The notes under the pieces were generated by a model, which was not told where the DNA came from, made no database searches, and saw only the letters and a list, made by a program, of their open reading frames with translations. The position numbers and the translations under genes were made by a program. DNA of 63,776 nucleotides, counting the filler. It is 10 parts of 10 records of this genome, joined end to end, with 100 filler letters (N's around TTAATTAATTAA, not from the genome) between each part and the next. Parts side by side here need not be neighbours in the genome. Positions count along the whole stretch, not along the records: positions 34,668 to 39,685 come from SRR31147125_272255; positions 39,786 to 44,792 come from SRR31147125_272647; 8 more parts are not named here. One strand, written 5' to 3'. Positions within the stretch are counted from its first letter, which is position 1; every line of letters begins with the position of its first letter. Positions 34,677-44,792 of the stretch are shown here, one piece after another.

Positions 34677-35105
34677 GTGAAAAGCGAAATAGAGGTTTTT
34701 CGGGATTTTGTGCGCAAAAAGGGACTTCGCAATACGGTAGAGCGAGAGACCATCATCACCGAAATCCTTGCCAGCCGCGACCACTTCGACGTAGACGAAC
34801 TTTACCTGAGGCTGCGCAGGAAACACAAAAAAATTTCCAAGCCCTCCATCTACCGTTTGATCCCCTACCTTATAGAGGCCGGCATGATTCAGGAGGCCTA
34901 TTTCGAGGACGGCCATCAGCATTACGAGAACATCTACGGGCAAAAACACCACTGTCACTTGCGCTGCATGGTGTGCGGCAAGATCATCGAATTCGAGTAT
35001 GGCGGACTGAAACGGCTGGAGAACAAGCTCGCCGACCAACACGGATTCACCATCGAGGGCCACAAAGTCGAAATTTCGGGTACCTGCCCGGATTGTCAAT
35101 CCTGA
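34677..35105 (+). CDS. fur: Fur family metal-dependent transcriptional repressor
   Basis: HFDVDELY, ISKPSIYRLI, HHCHLRCMVCGKIIEF, GTCPDC. Confidence 0.92.
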   Translation: MKSEIEVFRDFVRKKGLRNTVERETIITEILASRDHFDVDELYLRLRRKHKKISKPSIYRLIPYLIEAGMIQEAYFEDGHQHYENIYGQKHHCHLRCMVCGKIIEFEYGGLKRLENKLADQHGFTIEGHKVEISGTCPDCQS

Positions 35106-35137
35106 TTGTTCTTTTATGGGTAGGCACTAAATAATGG

Positions 35138-35201
35138 TTGACAGCCGACTTCCATTGATACTATTAGCAAAATCTCATTGTGTTAGAAAGACAAACCTAA
35201 A
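35138..35201 (+). promoter_or_regulatory. Putative sigma70 promoter and metalloregulator operator upstream of the TonB receptor
   Basis: TTGACA at 35138; TGATACTAT downstream; GTTAGAAAG shared with the second promoter; imperfect TTAG...CTAA dyad. Confidence 0.5.
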
Positions 35202-35220
35202 CTTCGTCAAACCATGAAGA

Positions 35221-35303
35221 GTCTTGCGACGTGCGGCTGAGTAATAGCGCGCATGGCAGTGAAGGCGCGGCAGGGGGATTTCTCTTGTTGCGCTTTTTTA
35301 TTG
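35221..35303 (+). ncRNA. Candidate structured cis-regulatory leader, copy A
   Basis: Sequence and fold conserved with copy B (37816-37915); alternative hairpin followed by T6 just upstream of the GGAGGAG RBS. Confidence 0.5.
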
Positions 35304-35327
35304 ATTTGTAGGATTGCGGAGGAGCCA

Positions 35328-37493
35328 ATGGGAAGAAGAAAAATGCCTGTCTTGTTCGGCCTTGGCATGGTGTTGCTGGCAGGCCTGTTCGTGCAAGGGC
35401 TGCCGTGGGCGTCATGCGTTGCCGCTCAGACCGAAACAGCGGAGCAATCGGAGACGGTCGAGGCGGAGGAAAAGGAGGCACCCGCCCCACGACCGGATAC
35501 GGTCACGGCGCGTAAACAACAGGAATTTGCTCGGGACGTGCCCGTGAGCATGACGGTGCTCGGCAACCAGGACATTGGAGACCGGCAGATCGACTCAGTG
35601 GTTGAGATTGCCGATTTCGTTCCCAACATGATGATTTTCGAGAACGGCCTGGCCGGGTTCAATACGCCGTCCATGCGCGGCATTCACGCCGATCCAGCCA
35701 CCCGTTCGGTTTCATCCGCTTTGTTTGTGGACGGCGTGCCGATTCTTACCCCTATCGGATATACGGCCGGCCTGGTCGACGTCGACCGTATCGAGATCCT
35801 GCGCGGTCCCTTGGGGGCCTTGTATGGCCGGAACACCGAGGCCGGCGTTATTAACATCGTCAGCCGGCAATACGCAAACGACTTCGGCGGCGCCTTGTCC
35901 GCAAGGATCGGCAGGCGGTTGTCCTCCGAATCAGACGATCGAAATACCGGCGGGTTCGATGCCCATGTCGGCGGCCCGATACAGAAGGACCGGCTCTTTT
36001 TCGGTATCGCCGGCCAATACGACCGCAAGGATGGATTTATCGGAAACACACTCACCGGCGATGCGGAAAACGATCGGGAGCACCGCTACGGCCAGGGATC
36101 GCTGCGCTGGGTGCCGACCGATGACCTCGAGGTCCGGTTGTCGGCTTCCCTGCTTCAGCGTGAGGACGGCGGCCCGGGCATGTCCCTGACCGAGGCCGGT
36201 GCCGCCGACCTGGGACTTCCCGCCCCGCAGGACCGGCGGGTCTCTTCCAATGCCGAGGCTTATAACGAGGGAAGATCGGAATTGGAATCACTGTCTATCG
36301 TTTACGATATCAACGATTCCCTGAAACTGACCTCCGTCAGCGCCCGAAGGGTATGCCGGGATGACACCCTGATCGACCTGGACTTCAGCGACCAGACATT
36401 GATCCATGAGAAGAAGGACAATCGCTACCGGACCCTTTCCCAGGAGTTGCGCCTCGATTACGCGGCCGGGGGGCTGCAGTGGCTGGTCGGCCTTGACTAC
36501 GACGACGATCACTCCGATATCGAATACCAGATCATTTCCGATTTGCCGGACACGGCTTCCGTAGAAAGTCGCAATCTCAAGGGCCGGGGATACGCGGCCT
36601 TCGCCTCGTTCAGCTACCATTTGGGGCGCCGGCTTTACCTGGACGGCGGCTTGCGCTGGGAGAAACGCGAAATGGAACACGAAGACAATATCGAACGCGC
36701 CCAGTGGGAGGATTCCTGGGGGGCGTTCGCGCCATCGCTTACCATCAAGCACGACTACAACCGGCGCATCATGGCCTATCTGAGTGCCGCGAAAGGGTAC
36801 CGGCCCGGCGGGTTTAACGTCTATGCCACCGACGCCGATCATCGAGTCTATGACGAGGAGGCCTTGTGGGCGTTTGAATACGGTATCAAAAGCACCTTTT
36901 TGGACGATCGCCTGTTGATCGATGGTGCGGTTTTCTATCAGCAGATCGACGACATGCAGGTCAGCGAGGCCTTATCGGCGACCACCACCTATCTGACCAA
37001 CGCCGCCGAGGCATCCGGCATGGGCGGTGAACTGGAGGTCACGGCCAGGCTGGGCGGCGGCTTCAGCCTGGTGGCCGGCGGCGGCTACAATGCCATCGAG
37101 TTCGACGAATTCGAGGATGCCCTGGATGACTACCGGGGCAACACGCCGCCCTTTGCCCCGGAATATACCTATCATGCCGGCGCGCAATACCGGCATCCGG
37201 TGGGGGCCTATGTCCGATTGGACCTGATCGGTTATGGCAAGATATACCTGGACCGGGCCAATGATTACGAGCGGGGTGCCTACGAGCTGGTCAACGCCAA
37301 AATCGGGTATGCGACCGGCAAGTTCGATTTCTGCCTGTACGGTAAAAACATCTTCGATACGGAATACAACGCCGACGGCTATGCCGGGGGCGCCTATACC
37401 ATCTACAGCGATCCGGGGGAGGCGGGGTTGCAGGTGACCTACCGGTTTGATGATTCGGGTGTGCAAAAGGACAACAAGGGCTTTGTGATTTGA
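35328..37493 (+). CDS. TonB-dependent outer-membrane receptor
   Basis: Signal peptide; DTVTARK; plug motif DVDRIEILRGPLGALYGRNTEAGVINIVS; AKGYRPGGFN; YGKNIFD; ...VTYRF (true stop probably near 37450). Confidence 0.93.
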   Translation: MGRRKMPVLFGLGMVLLAGLFVQGLPWASCVAAQTETAEQSETVEAEEKEAPAPRPDTVTARKQQEFARDVPVSMTVLGNQDIGDRQIDSVVEIADFVPNMMIFENGLAGFNTPSMRGIHADPATRSVSSALFVDGVPILTPIGYTAGLVDVDRIEILRGPLGALYGRNTEAGVINIVSRQYANDFGGALSARIGRRLSSESDDRNTGGFDAHVGGPIQKDRLFFGIAGQYDRKDGFIGNTLTGDAENDREHRYGQGSLRWVPTDDLEVRLSASLLQREDGGPGMSLTEAGAADLGLPAPQDRRVSSNAEAYNEGRSELESLSIVYDINDSLKLTSVSARRVCRDDTLIDLDFSDQTLIHEKKDNRYRTLSQELRLDYAAGGLQWLVGLDYDDDHSDIEYQIISDLPDTASVESRNLKGRGYAAFASFSYHLGRRLYLDGGLRWEKREMEHEDNIERAQWEDSWGAFAPSLTIKHDYNRRIMAYLSAAKGYRPGGFNVYATDADHRVYDEEALWAFEYGIKSTFLDDRLLIDGAVFYQQIDDMQVSEALSATTTYLTNAAEASGMGGELEVTARLGGGFSLVAGGGYNAIEFDEFEDALDDYRGNTPPFAPEYTYHAGAQYRHPVGAYVRLDLIGYGKIYLDRANDYERGAYELVNAKIGYATGKFDFCLYGKNIFDTEYNADGYAGGAYTIYSDPGEAGLQVTYRFDDSGVQKDNKGFVI

Positions 37494-37643
37494 TCGATCT
37501 CAATGGTGGGCAATGCCCACTCAACTGCTTTCAAACTCGAAATTCGATGATCGAGGCGGCGAGGGTGACACATGGGAGGGCGGTGCGAGCAAGTTCAAGC
37601 GGCACGGCAAAACCCCTTCACGGCAATCACGGCCATTCCCTGT

Positions 37644-37673
37644 AAGGCAGGGGCGAAGACGCCCCTGCCTTTT
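37644..37673 (+). terminator. Intrinsic terminator or REP-like hairpin after the TonB receptor
   Basis: Perfect 12-bp stem AAGGCAGGGGCG-AAGA-CGCCCCTGCCTT followed by TT. Confidence 0.7.
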
Positions 37674-37748
37674 CAATCGCACAACCACTATATTTCTTCG
37701 CTGTAATTGACAGCCATCCAACTGCCCATGCCAGTTTGCAAAAAACGG

Positions 37749-37808
37749 TTGACAGACGACGGTATTAAAGTTAGAAAGCTCTATCAAATAAAGAATACTA
37801 TATTATAA
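37749..37808 (+). promoter_or_regulatory. Putative sigma70 promoter upstream of the DUF2325 gene
   Basis: TTGACA-17 nt-TAGAAA; GGTTGACAG.CGAC and GTTAGAAAG shared with the promoter at 35138. Confidence 0.55.
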
Positions 37809-37815
37809 AAAGGAT

Positions 37816-37915
37816 GTCTTACGGCCGTCGGATGAATTAATCGCGATTGGCAGTGAAGGCGCTTGGGTACCGGTGAGACGGTTGTCCGATGCGCCTTCGC
37901 CGTTTGGCAGGGAGG
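37816..37915 (+). ncRNA. Candidate structured cis-regulatory leader, copy B
   Basis: Identical 15-mer TGGCAGTGAAGGCGC and conserved stem with a compensatory change relative to copy A; competing hairpins involve the GGAGG RBS. Confidence 0.5.
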
Positions 37916-37923
37916 AAAAAGCC

Positions 37924-39166
37924 ATGTTAATGGAAGCCCAAAAGGATTTAGTCGAAGTCAAGGACGCGGAGAAAGAGAGCTGCGAACCCTGTCGCCGTTT
38001 AGCCATCTGGGATGTCAATCAATGTTTCAAATGCCCCGTGATCGGTATGTGTATTACCCTGGACGAGCAAAAACGCCTGCTGAGGAAGATGGGACTGCTG
38101 GGAAAAAAGGACAGCCCCTTTGAAATGCACGAGATCATGGTGGCCGCGACGGATAACGAAAACCGGCTATCACGAAGAATCGACAATCTGCTTGAACGGA
38201 AATACGGCAAGCAGGCCAGCGTGCTGCTTCAACTCGATGACGAGGCCTTCCTGGCCAGTTTCAAGAGGGCGATGGAGGCCGGGGAAGCCGCGACGGTGTT
38301 GTGGGCAACGGCGGTCAACCCCGATCTATCCACGGCCTGTCGCCGGGCGATTTTCGGTGATATTCACATGAGCATGCATTGGAACGGCGAACGGTTGATG
38401 CAACTGAAACGCAAGATTAGCCGGCAACAACATGATTTGGCCCGGATACAGGGGCGCTACGACGAATCTGTCCGGCGACAGAGAGAAATGAAAAAAGAAT
38501 TCAACGCATGCATGCGTGAAAAAAGTGTTAGAAAACACCCTTGCTGCCGAGCAAAGAGAGAAACTTAGGTCGCAACAGGCCATGATCGGCCTGGATTGCC
38601 CAGGGTGCGCGGACGATCCGGAACAGAAGAACCAGAATTCGCAGCGACTCATTGATTCCCTCAGCCAAGAATTGGCCCAAGCCAAGCGCGAAATCATTGC
38701 CCTCAAGGAAGAAAATTGCAATTTGTCATCGCAGGTCAGTCAACAAAGCGAAATGAGCAGACATTTCCGGGAAGAGGCCCGCGCCATTGTGGCTGAAATG
38801 ACATCGTTGAACCGCTGCGATGCCAATTGCCCATCGTTCGATCTGTGTCAGAAACGAGTGTTGATTGTCGGCGGGGTTACGCGTATGGAAACGCTTTACC
38901 GTGATTTGATTGAAAGCAGCAACGGTATTTTCGAGTACCATGACGGCTATTTCAAGAAAGGCGCCAAGAGCCTTGAATCCAGCCTGAAGCGGGCGGACAT
39001 GGTGCTCTGTCCGGTAAACTGTAACAGCCATGCGGCTTGCTCGATTGTCAAGAATCTGGGCAAGAAACACCATAAAACCGTGCACATACTGGCCAATTCG
39101 AGCCTGACCACCGTATCCCAGGTGATTCGGGGAGGCCCGGACGGCGATACATGCACGCTCAATTGA
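37924..39166 (+). CDS. DUF2325 domain protein, long form (Cys-containing N-domain, coiled coil, DUF2325); frameshift in A-run near 38520
   Basis: RLAIWDVNQCFKCPVIGMC, FGDIHMSMH, coiled coil, then KRVLIVGG, YHDG, ADMVLCPVNCNSHAAC; GGAGG RBS. Confidence 0.85.
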
Positions 39167-39213
39167 CTTCAGGTTTGCCGAACAGGGGACAATTGCCCCA
39201 TACAGCGATTGAT

Positions 39214-39510
39214 ATGAAAGTAGAAAATACACATGTCCGTGTCGAAATCGCCGCGACGACGCTTCTTCACCTTCTTGCTGGCGGTCAAGTTTGTGCGGCT
39301 GATTTCCGTTGTTTGGATTGCGAATCAAAACAATGCCTCTGGCGCCTTTGCATTCAAAGCTGTGCAACTCCTTTGCAAAAACGCATTGGCCGTGCTCAGG
39401 CGCCGGAATCGATTTGCCTGCTCGGGAAACGGTGCCATTTGACAGAAAGCGTTGCTCTACTCACGACAGCCAGTTGCACAAGCAAATTCGATAATCGTGG
39501 GTCTCGATGA
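39214..39510 (+). CDS. Small Cys-rich hypothetical protein
   Basis: VCAADFRCLDCESKQCLWRLCIQSC motif; co-directional immediately after DUF2325. Confidence 0.7.
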   Translation: MKVENTHVRVEIAATTLLHLLAGGQVCAADFRCLDCESKQCLWRLCIQSCATPLQKRIGRAQAPESICLLGKRCHLTESVALLTTASCTSKFDNRGSR

Positions 39511-39624
39511 ATAGCGGTTTCGAAAAAAAACTTAACAGTTGCCGATCTGTCGCATTCTCCACGCGACTTTAGATCACCGGGCGGTAGTGGTGGGTGTCCT
39601 TCCCTTCTCTTTCCTTGAGTCGCC

Positions 39625-39685
39625 CGGTGATCTATACCTTAAAGAACTCGTCCGTTATATTCACCTGAATCCATTAAGAGCCGGT
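39625..39685 (+). mobile_element. Fragment of a REP-associated tyrosine transposase (RAYT, IS200-like Y1)
   Basis: DLYLKELVRYIHLNPLRAG motif; upstream sequence is not transposase-like; runs into the contig end. Confidence 0.7.
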
Positions 39686-39785
39686 NNNNNNNNNNNNNNN
39701 NNNNNNNNNNNNNNNNNNNNNNNNNNNNNTTAATTAATTAANNNNNNNNNNNNNNNNNNNNNNNNNNNNNNNNNNNNNNNNNNNN
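39686..39785. other. Artificial contig linker
   Basis: N-run, TTAATTAATTAA, N-run. Confidence 0.99.
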
Positions 39786-39936
39786 GTTTAGCAGTGTCTA
39801 TCAAAGTCTGGGAATTCCATCTCCGTTCCTTGGTGACAACTCTTTCCATCCGTGTTGCCGGACCAAGTTGACTGTTCTTGTGTGTCGGGAGAGTTTCATG
39901 CACTCGTTGAGAGTGCCATTGTGTCCCATGATGTAG

Positions 39937-40991
39937 GTGGGAGACGCTCGCACGGAAGCTCTCGTCCAACATGCTTTTGATCCGGGCGACACTCTTCAGC
40001 GGCGATCGATCGAGCTTTTCGATGTCTCTCGGGAGGAATGGGGCTTCACCAGTGAACGAGAGCCTACGCGAAACCGACAGTTGTCTACGACCTTCTCGTG
40101 TATCTGGGTTTGGAAGGTGCATGACTTTCTCTACTGGCGCGGGGATCCGGATTGGGTCGCGGATCGCATGATTGGTGTCCACTCCAGTCTTGAGTCATTC
40201 CGGTCTTACACTACCCCGGATGGCCTACTGCACAGTTTCCCGGGATGGGACTTCGTGGACTGGGTTCGCGACTGGGAGGCCGGATGCCCGCCTGGCAGCA
40301 GGGACAACGTCTCGAGTATTGTGAACCTGCACTTGATACTGGCATTGCAGAAGGCCGTGGATGCAAACAGAATACTGGGAGACCCCGTCATGGCCCATTG
40401 CCACGCAGAACGAGCCAGAGCCCTCGCCCAAGTCGTCCGCAGCAAGTTCTGGAGCGAAGAGTGGGGCACGCTCAATGTCTGGGGTTGCTTGCAGGTCTCT
40501 TCACGCCGGAACAGGAATAGCGCGTTTTGCATAGTCTTCTCGATAGAGATGGTCTTGCCCCCTGCACAGTCTACTTTTGCTTCTACCTGTTCGATGTCCT
40601 GGCCAGATTCGGTTGCGTCACATCCCTCATGGACCGACTTGAGGCCTGGGCCGCCCCGAGGGGCCGTGGATTTCCGACAACACCCGAAATGTCTGAACCA
40701 ACCAGGTCAGACTGCCACGGCTGGGGGGCTCACCCGCTATTCCACCTGGCCGGAAGCCTCTTTGACTTTCGGCCAACGGCTCCCGCAATGAAGGAGGTTA
40801 TAATACGGCCGCAAGCGGAGCACCTTCGTTCCATGTCGGAGATAATCTCCGCACCACAGGGAGACGTTATATTCGATTTGCACTTCCCTGGCAATTGGTG
40901 CACCGGACGGGTTTGCCTACCACCCGGAATGCAAGGTCGGTTCTGCTGGGCAAAGGACCACCAGGACTTTACCGGCGAACCGGTTCCGTAG
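39937..40991 (+). pseudogene. Alpha-L-rhamnosidase (GH78) C-terminal remnant
   Basis: VGDARTEAL, GWDFVDW, HAQCLGLLAG, TTPEMSEPTRSDCHGWGAHPLFH; in-frame TAG and non-homologous sequence upstream; apparent deletion plus frameshift near 40468. Confidence 0.75.
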
Positions 40992-41117
40992 CGATACTCT
41001 CTATCTGATGATTCACTGACACCTTCGTTGATACTTATGACGGCGTTCACAATGCCAGACGTGCATACTGAACGGACCTGCCTCATAGCATGAGGGCCAC
41101 ACTCCTGGGAGGAACTA

Positions 41118-43645
41118 GTGCCAGCGGATATCTATGTCATTCCATTTTCTCACATGGATCTCTTCTGGCTCGGAGACCAGGAGGACTGCCTCTCCAGGGG
41201 AAATCGAATCATCAGCCAGGCAATGCAGATAGCCAGTTCGGATCGTGACTTCTGTTTCCTGGTGGAGGATGCTGTGTTCGTCAAGAACTTCCTCGAGACC
41301 CACCCGGAGCAGCGGAGCCGTCTCAAGGACCTCGTGGCCATGGGAAGAATCGAGGTTGGGCCGAAGTGGGCAGGGATCTATCAGAACTCTCAGGGCGGTG
41401 AGGATCTTGTGCGGAATACGCTCTACGCAAAACAGTTTCTGCGCGAAGAACTGGAGATTGATACAGCTGTCATCAACTTCGGCGATTTGCCGGGGTTCAC
41501 CCCCCAGTTCCCACAGATTCTCGCCAAATCCTGCGTTCGACACGCCATTGTCTCCAGATGCGGGCCGAGCGCCACACCGCTCTTCCACTGGCGCGCGCCG
41601 GACGGATCCTCAACACTCACCTGGTACTCAGTCAAAGCATATACGTGGGGGCTTGACCTGGGACTGCACGACGACGTTGACGCTGCCAGGCTGACTAGGG
41701 AGGTGGCAGAGGTCTCGGCGCTGACTCCCGCTCCCGTTTTGATGCACTGGGGGATTGACTTGGTAGTGCCCAACGAAAAACTCTGCCACAACGTCAGGCG
41801 CTGGAACGGGAGCAATGCAACAAAGATGAAGCTTGATACTCCCTCCGGCTACTTCAAGGAAGCGGAGCAGCACAAGGACCTGCCAGTGCTCTCTGGAGAA
41901 GCCCCACGTGTTTGGTGGCCACGGGATGGAAGGTGCGTCCACGTCACTGCCCTGGGTATCCCGGCGACGAATGCTCTGCTTGCGGCAGAGAAGTTTGCAA
42001 CTGTGGCATCTCTGATGGGTTTAGTTGACTACCCGAGGGCTAAGCTGAAGGACCTGTGGTGCAAGTTGCTTCAGGGAATGGATCACAACTACAACGGTCA
42101 AGGAGGCCTGGATGGAGATCGGCGAAAGGCAGAGTACCATATAGGTGCAATACGCGCGGGTAATGCCATGCTGAGAGATTCATTGGCCCGCATAGCAGAG
42201 AACGTGGAAGTACTGCACGGCCCAGCGTGCAACCCGATTGTTGTCTTCAACGTATTGTCCTGGGCGAGGAGTGACATTGTTGAAGCCCACGTGACTTTCC
42301 ATGGAGACCTGCTTCCGTTCGACATCAAGAAGTTCAGGGATGTTGTGCTGAAAGATGAGAACGGGGACGAAGTTCCCTTCCAGTACGTTCGCGTGCGCGA
42401 TGGTATAGCACGTGACGCGATAATCGCATTTCTAGCAAAGGACATCCCGTCAATTGGCTACGGGGCGTACTATCTCGTTCCGGGCAGTTCTGTTCGCAGA
42501 GGCAGTGGATCGTGCGAGATTGTTGAGCTGGAAGAAGATCTCCACGGAGCCGTTCCAACTCGTAAGGAGATCCTTGTCCTCGAAAATGACTTCGTTGTCG
42601 TCCGGATGAATCGCCTCACCGGGGCCATTGACATTACCGACAAGAGTCTGGGCCGCCCCATGGTTGTCGGAGCCAGGTTACTGGCCGTTGAGGAGCGAAC
42701 CGGTAACTACCACGTACCAGAGGAGACCGGCCGAGTTTTCGAGAACGCAGTTGAATCTGTCATGGTAGAGGAGAATGGTGAGGTTCGCACACGAGTTGCC
42801 ATTGTCGGACGAATCAGGGGTGCTGTTGTGCGGCAGGAGATTGTCCTCTACCGTGAGCTGCGGCGGATAGACTTCGTTGATACCATCTTCTGGGAGGAGA
42901 GCCATCCTCTCAAAGTGCAACAGGTCTTCCCGGTTCAGGCGAATTCGCCGGATATCACGTATGGGACTCCGTATGGCAGCAACCCACTGGAGAAGATTCT
43001 CCCGGATTGCGGGCCGGTACGTCCGGACGAACTGCCCCGGGGGCTATGGAGTCGGTCAAGGGACATCCAGAAATGGATTGATGTGGGCAACGGGATCGAT
43101 GGACTTACCATATGTAGTGCCGACACCCGTTCCGTGGAGATCGAGGGTGCCCTTGTGCGGTTCAATCTCGTCTGGGGAACAGAGTCTCCTTTCTGCCGCA
43201 CCGTTGATGCCGACGGGGGCGACCCGCGGTTGCTGCAACTGCCGCCGCCTGGCGAATACACACTTGCTTTCAGCCTGTATCCACATGCCGGAACGTGGCG
43301 AGAATCAAAGGCGTATCGAAGGGGATGGGAGCGGGCTGACCCATTGCGACCCATATCAAGCAACGACCCGGTGACGTCCAGGACACTCCCTCCCAGAAAA
43401 GTTTCTGTGCCCTTTCTGAGGACAATATAGTGGTGACGGTCCTGAAGAAATCAGAGATCGATGAGATGCCTGTTATTCGGGGCTACGAAGCGGAAGGACG
43501 AAGCGCAAGATCAAGTGTGACGTTCTTCAAGCCCGTGTGTGGCCTGACTGAGACCAATCTTCTGGAAGACGAGCAAAAGTCAATTGACGGAGCAACTTTC
43601 GAGTGTGGAAAGTGCGAGATCAAGACATTGCGCCTGCTCCTGTGA
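41118..43645 (+). CDS. Glycoside hydrolase family 38 (alpha-mannosidase-like); frameshift near 43400
   Basis: FSHMDLFWL, GGEDLVRN, DLPGFTPQFPQILAKS, LFHWRAPDGS, IVVFNVLSW; C-terminus VTVLKKSE...ETNLLE...EIKTLRL in the next frame; GGAGG RBS. Confidence 0.88.
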
Positions 43646-43859
43646 CACAGCCAAGTGCAAGCGCCTATCAGAGCGACCTACTCGAATAGGAGAGTACTGG
43701 GGGGGGCCGACAATCATGTCAATCAGGTTGTCAAGCAGTAGATTTCGACTGTCAAAGCCGCCCCCGTTCGGGTACTGAATCACCCTGGCTTTACCGGAGG
43801 CACAATTACCTGAGAGGATTGTGTCATGGGAAAGCAAACAAGGTGCCCAAAGTAGATTC

Positions 43860-44755
43860 CGAGTATCTCCGGTTTTGGTGTCTTTCAATCCGTCGGTGGC
43901 GGACCATGAATGGCATATATGGAGCTTCTTCTTGCCTAGGTCCTGCATGCGTAGTCCAAGGATTTCACCAGCACGAAGACCCGTGCTGGAAGCTAGTAGG
44001 TTTCCGATCCTCGCTTCTTCGTCATCCCAGTGCATCTCGAGAATTTCCTTCGCTTCAGTTTCAGGTAAAATGCCATGTTTGCGCATTTTACCAGAGAATT
44101 TTATAAGCCCTTTGGTCGGATCTATATCTATCTTGCCGTTGTTCTTTGCCCAGCGTAGTGGCGCAGTACCGGCAGACATGACGTTATTAGTTGTCTTCGC
44201 TGCAAGCTTCTTTTGCTCAGCGAGATACAGTCCAAAGTCTTTAAGGTCGCTCACTAGGATGTCATGAAGGTTCTTACCCACGAAAGCAGGTTCCCAGTGC
44301 TTTCTCACATATCCAATCATATCTCGACAACGACGTTGACCGATTCGCTGACCATGGCTTCTCATGTCACGAACCCTTGGTGATTCTTCAAAGTCCCACA
44401 TCTCATATAGCCATGGAATGAATAGTGGGCATTCTTTGGTTGGCTCCTCTGGAGACAAGTCTATCAACCCTCTAGGTTCCAGAACCGTGACAATCTTTCT
44501 GGCATCTAGAACATCCAGATCTGCCATTTTGTTTTTATAGAATCTCGTCAAGACCGAAAGTCCGGGAGATTGGATAGGCACGGGCATGGGGATCTGGAAG
44601 TCCGTTCTTCGACCAATCAGCAACTACCATTAAGGCGGCTGACTCTTCGGTTTCCCGTGTGGACCGCTTGGACATGTACTTGCCGGTCTTCAGATTCTTG
44701 ATTTGAACGTACCGGAATTGTCTGTTTGAAGGCTTGTAGTGGGTGAATCCCCTAG
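43860..44755 (-). pseudogene. Tyrosine recombinase/integrase remnant (spirochaete-type), frameshifted and C-terminally truncated
   Basis: N-terminal YVQIKNLKTGKYMSKRST; SAM-like domain; TGLRAGEILGL and LKDTKTG; no HxxR/H/Y catalytic C-terminus; frame break near 44537. Confidence 0.8.
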
Positions 44756-44792
44756 CTGGGCTTGTAATCCCCCCATTTCTGATCGTAGCCAG

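Noticed and set aside
37451-37493. C-terminal tail after the terminal Phe of the TonB receptor
   Set aside because: TTTGA would read TTT-TGA with one more T; probably a homopolymer deletion rather than a real extension.
38510-38530. Programmed ribosomal frameshift in the DUF2325 gene
   Set aside because: The A-run indel resembles the many other homopolymer errors and no stimulatory structure is evident.
39934-39936. Pyrrolysine or amber read-through at the TAG before VGDAR in the GH78 remnant
   Set aside because: Upstream sequence is not GH78-like and the gene has another deletion, which fits decay or truncation better.
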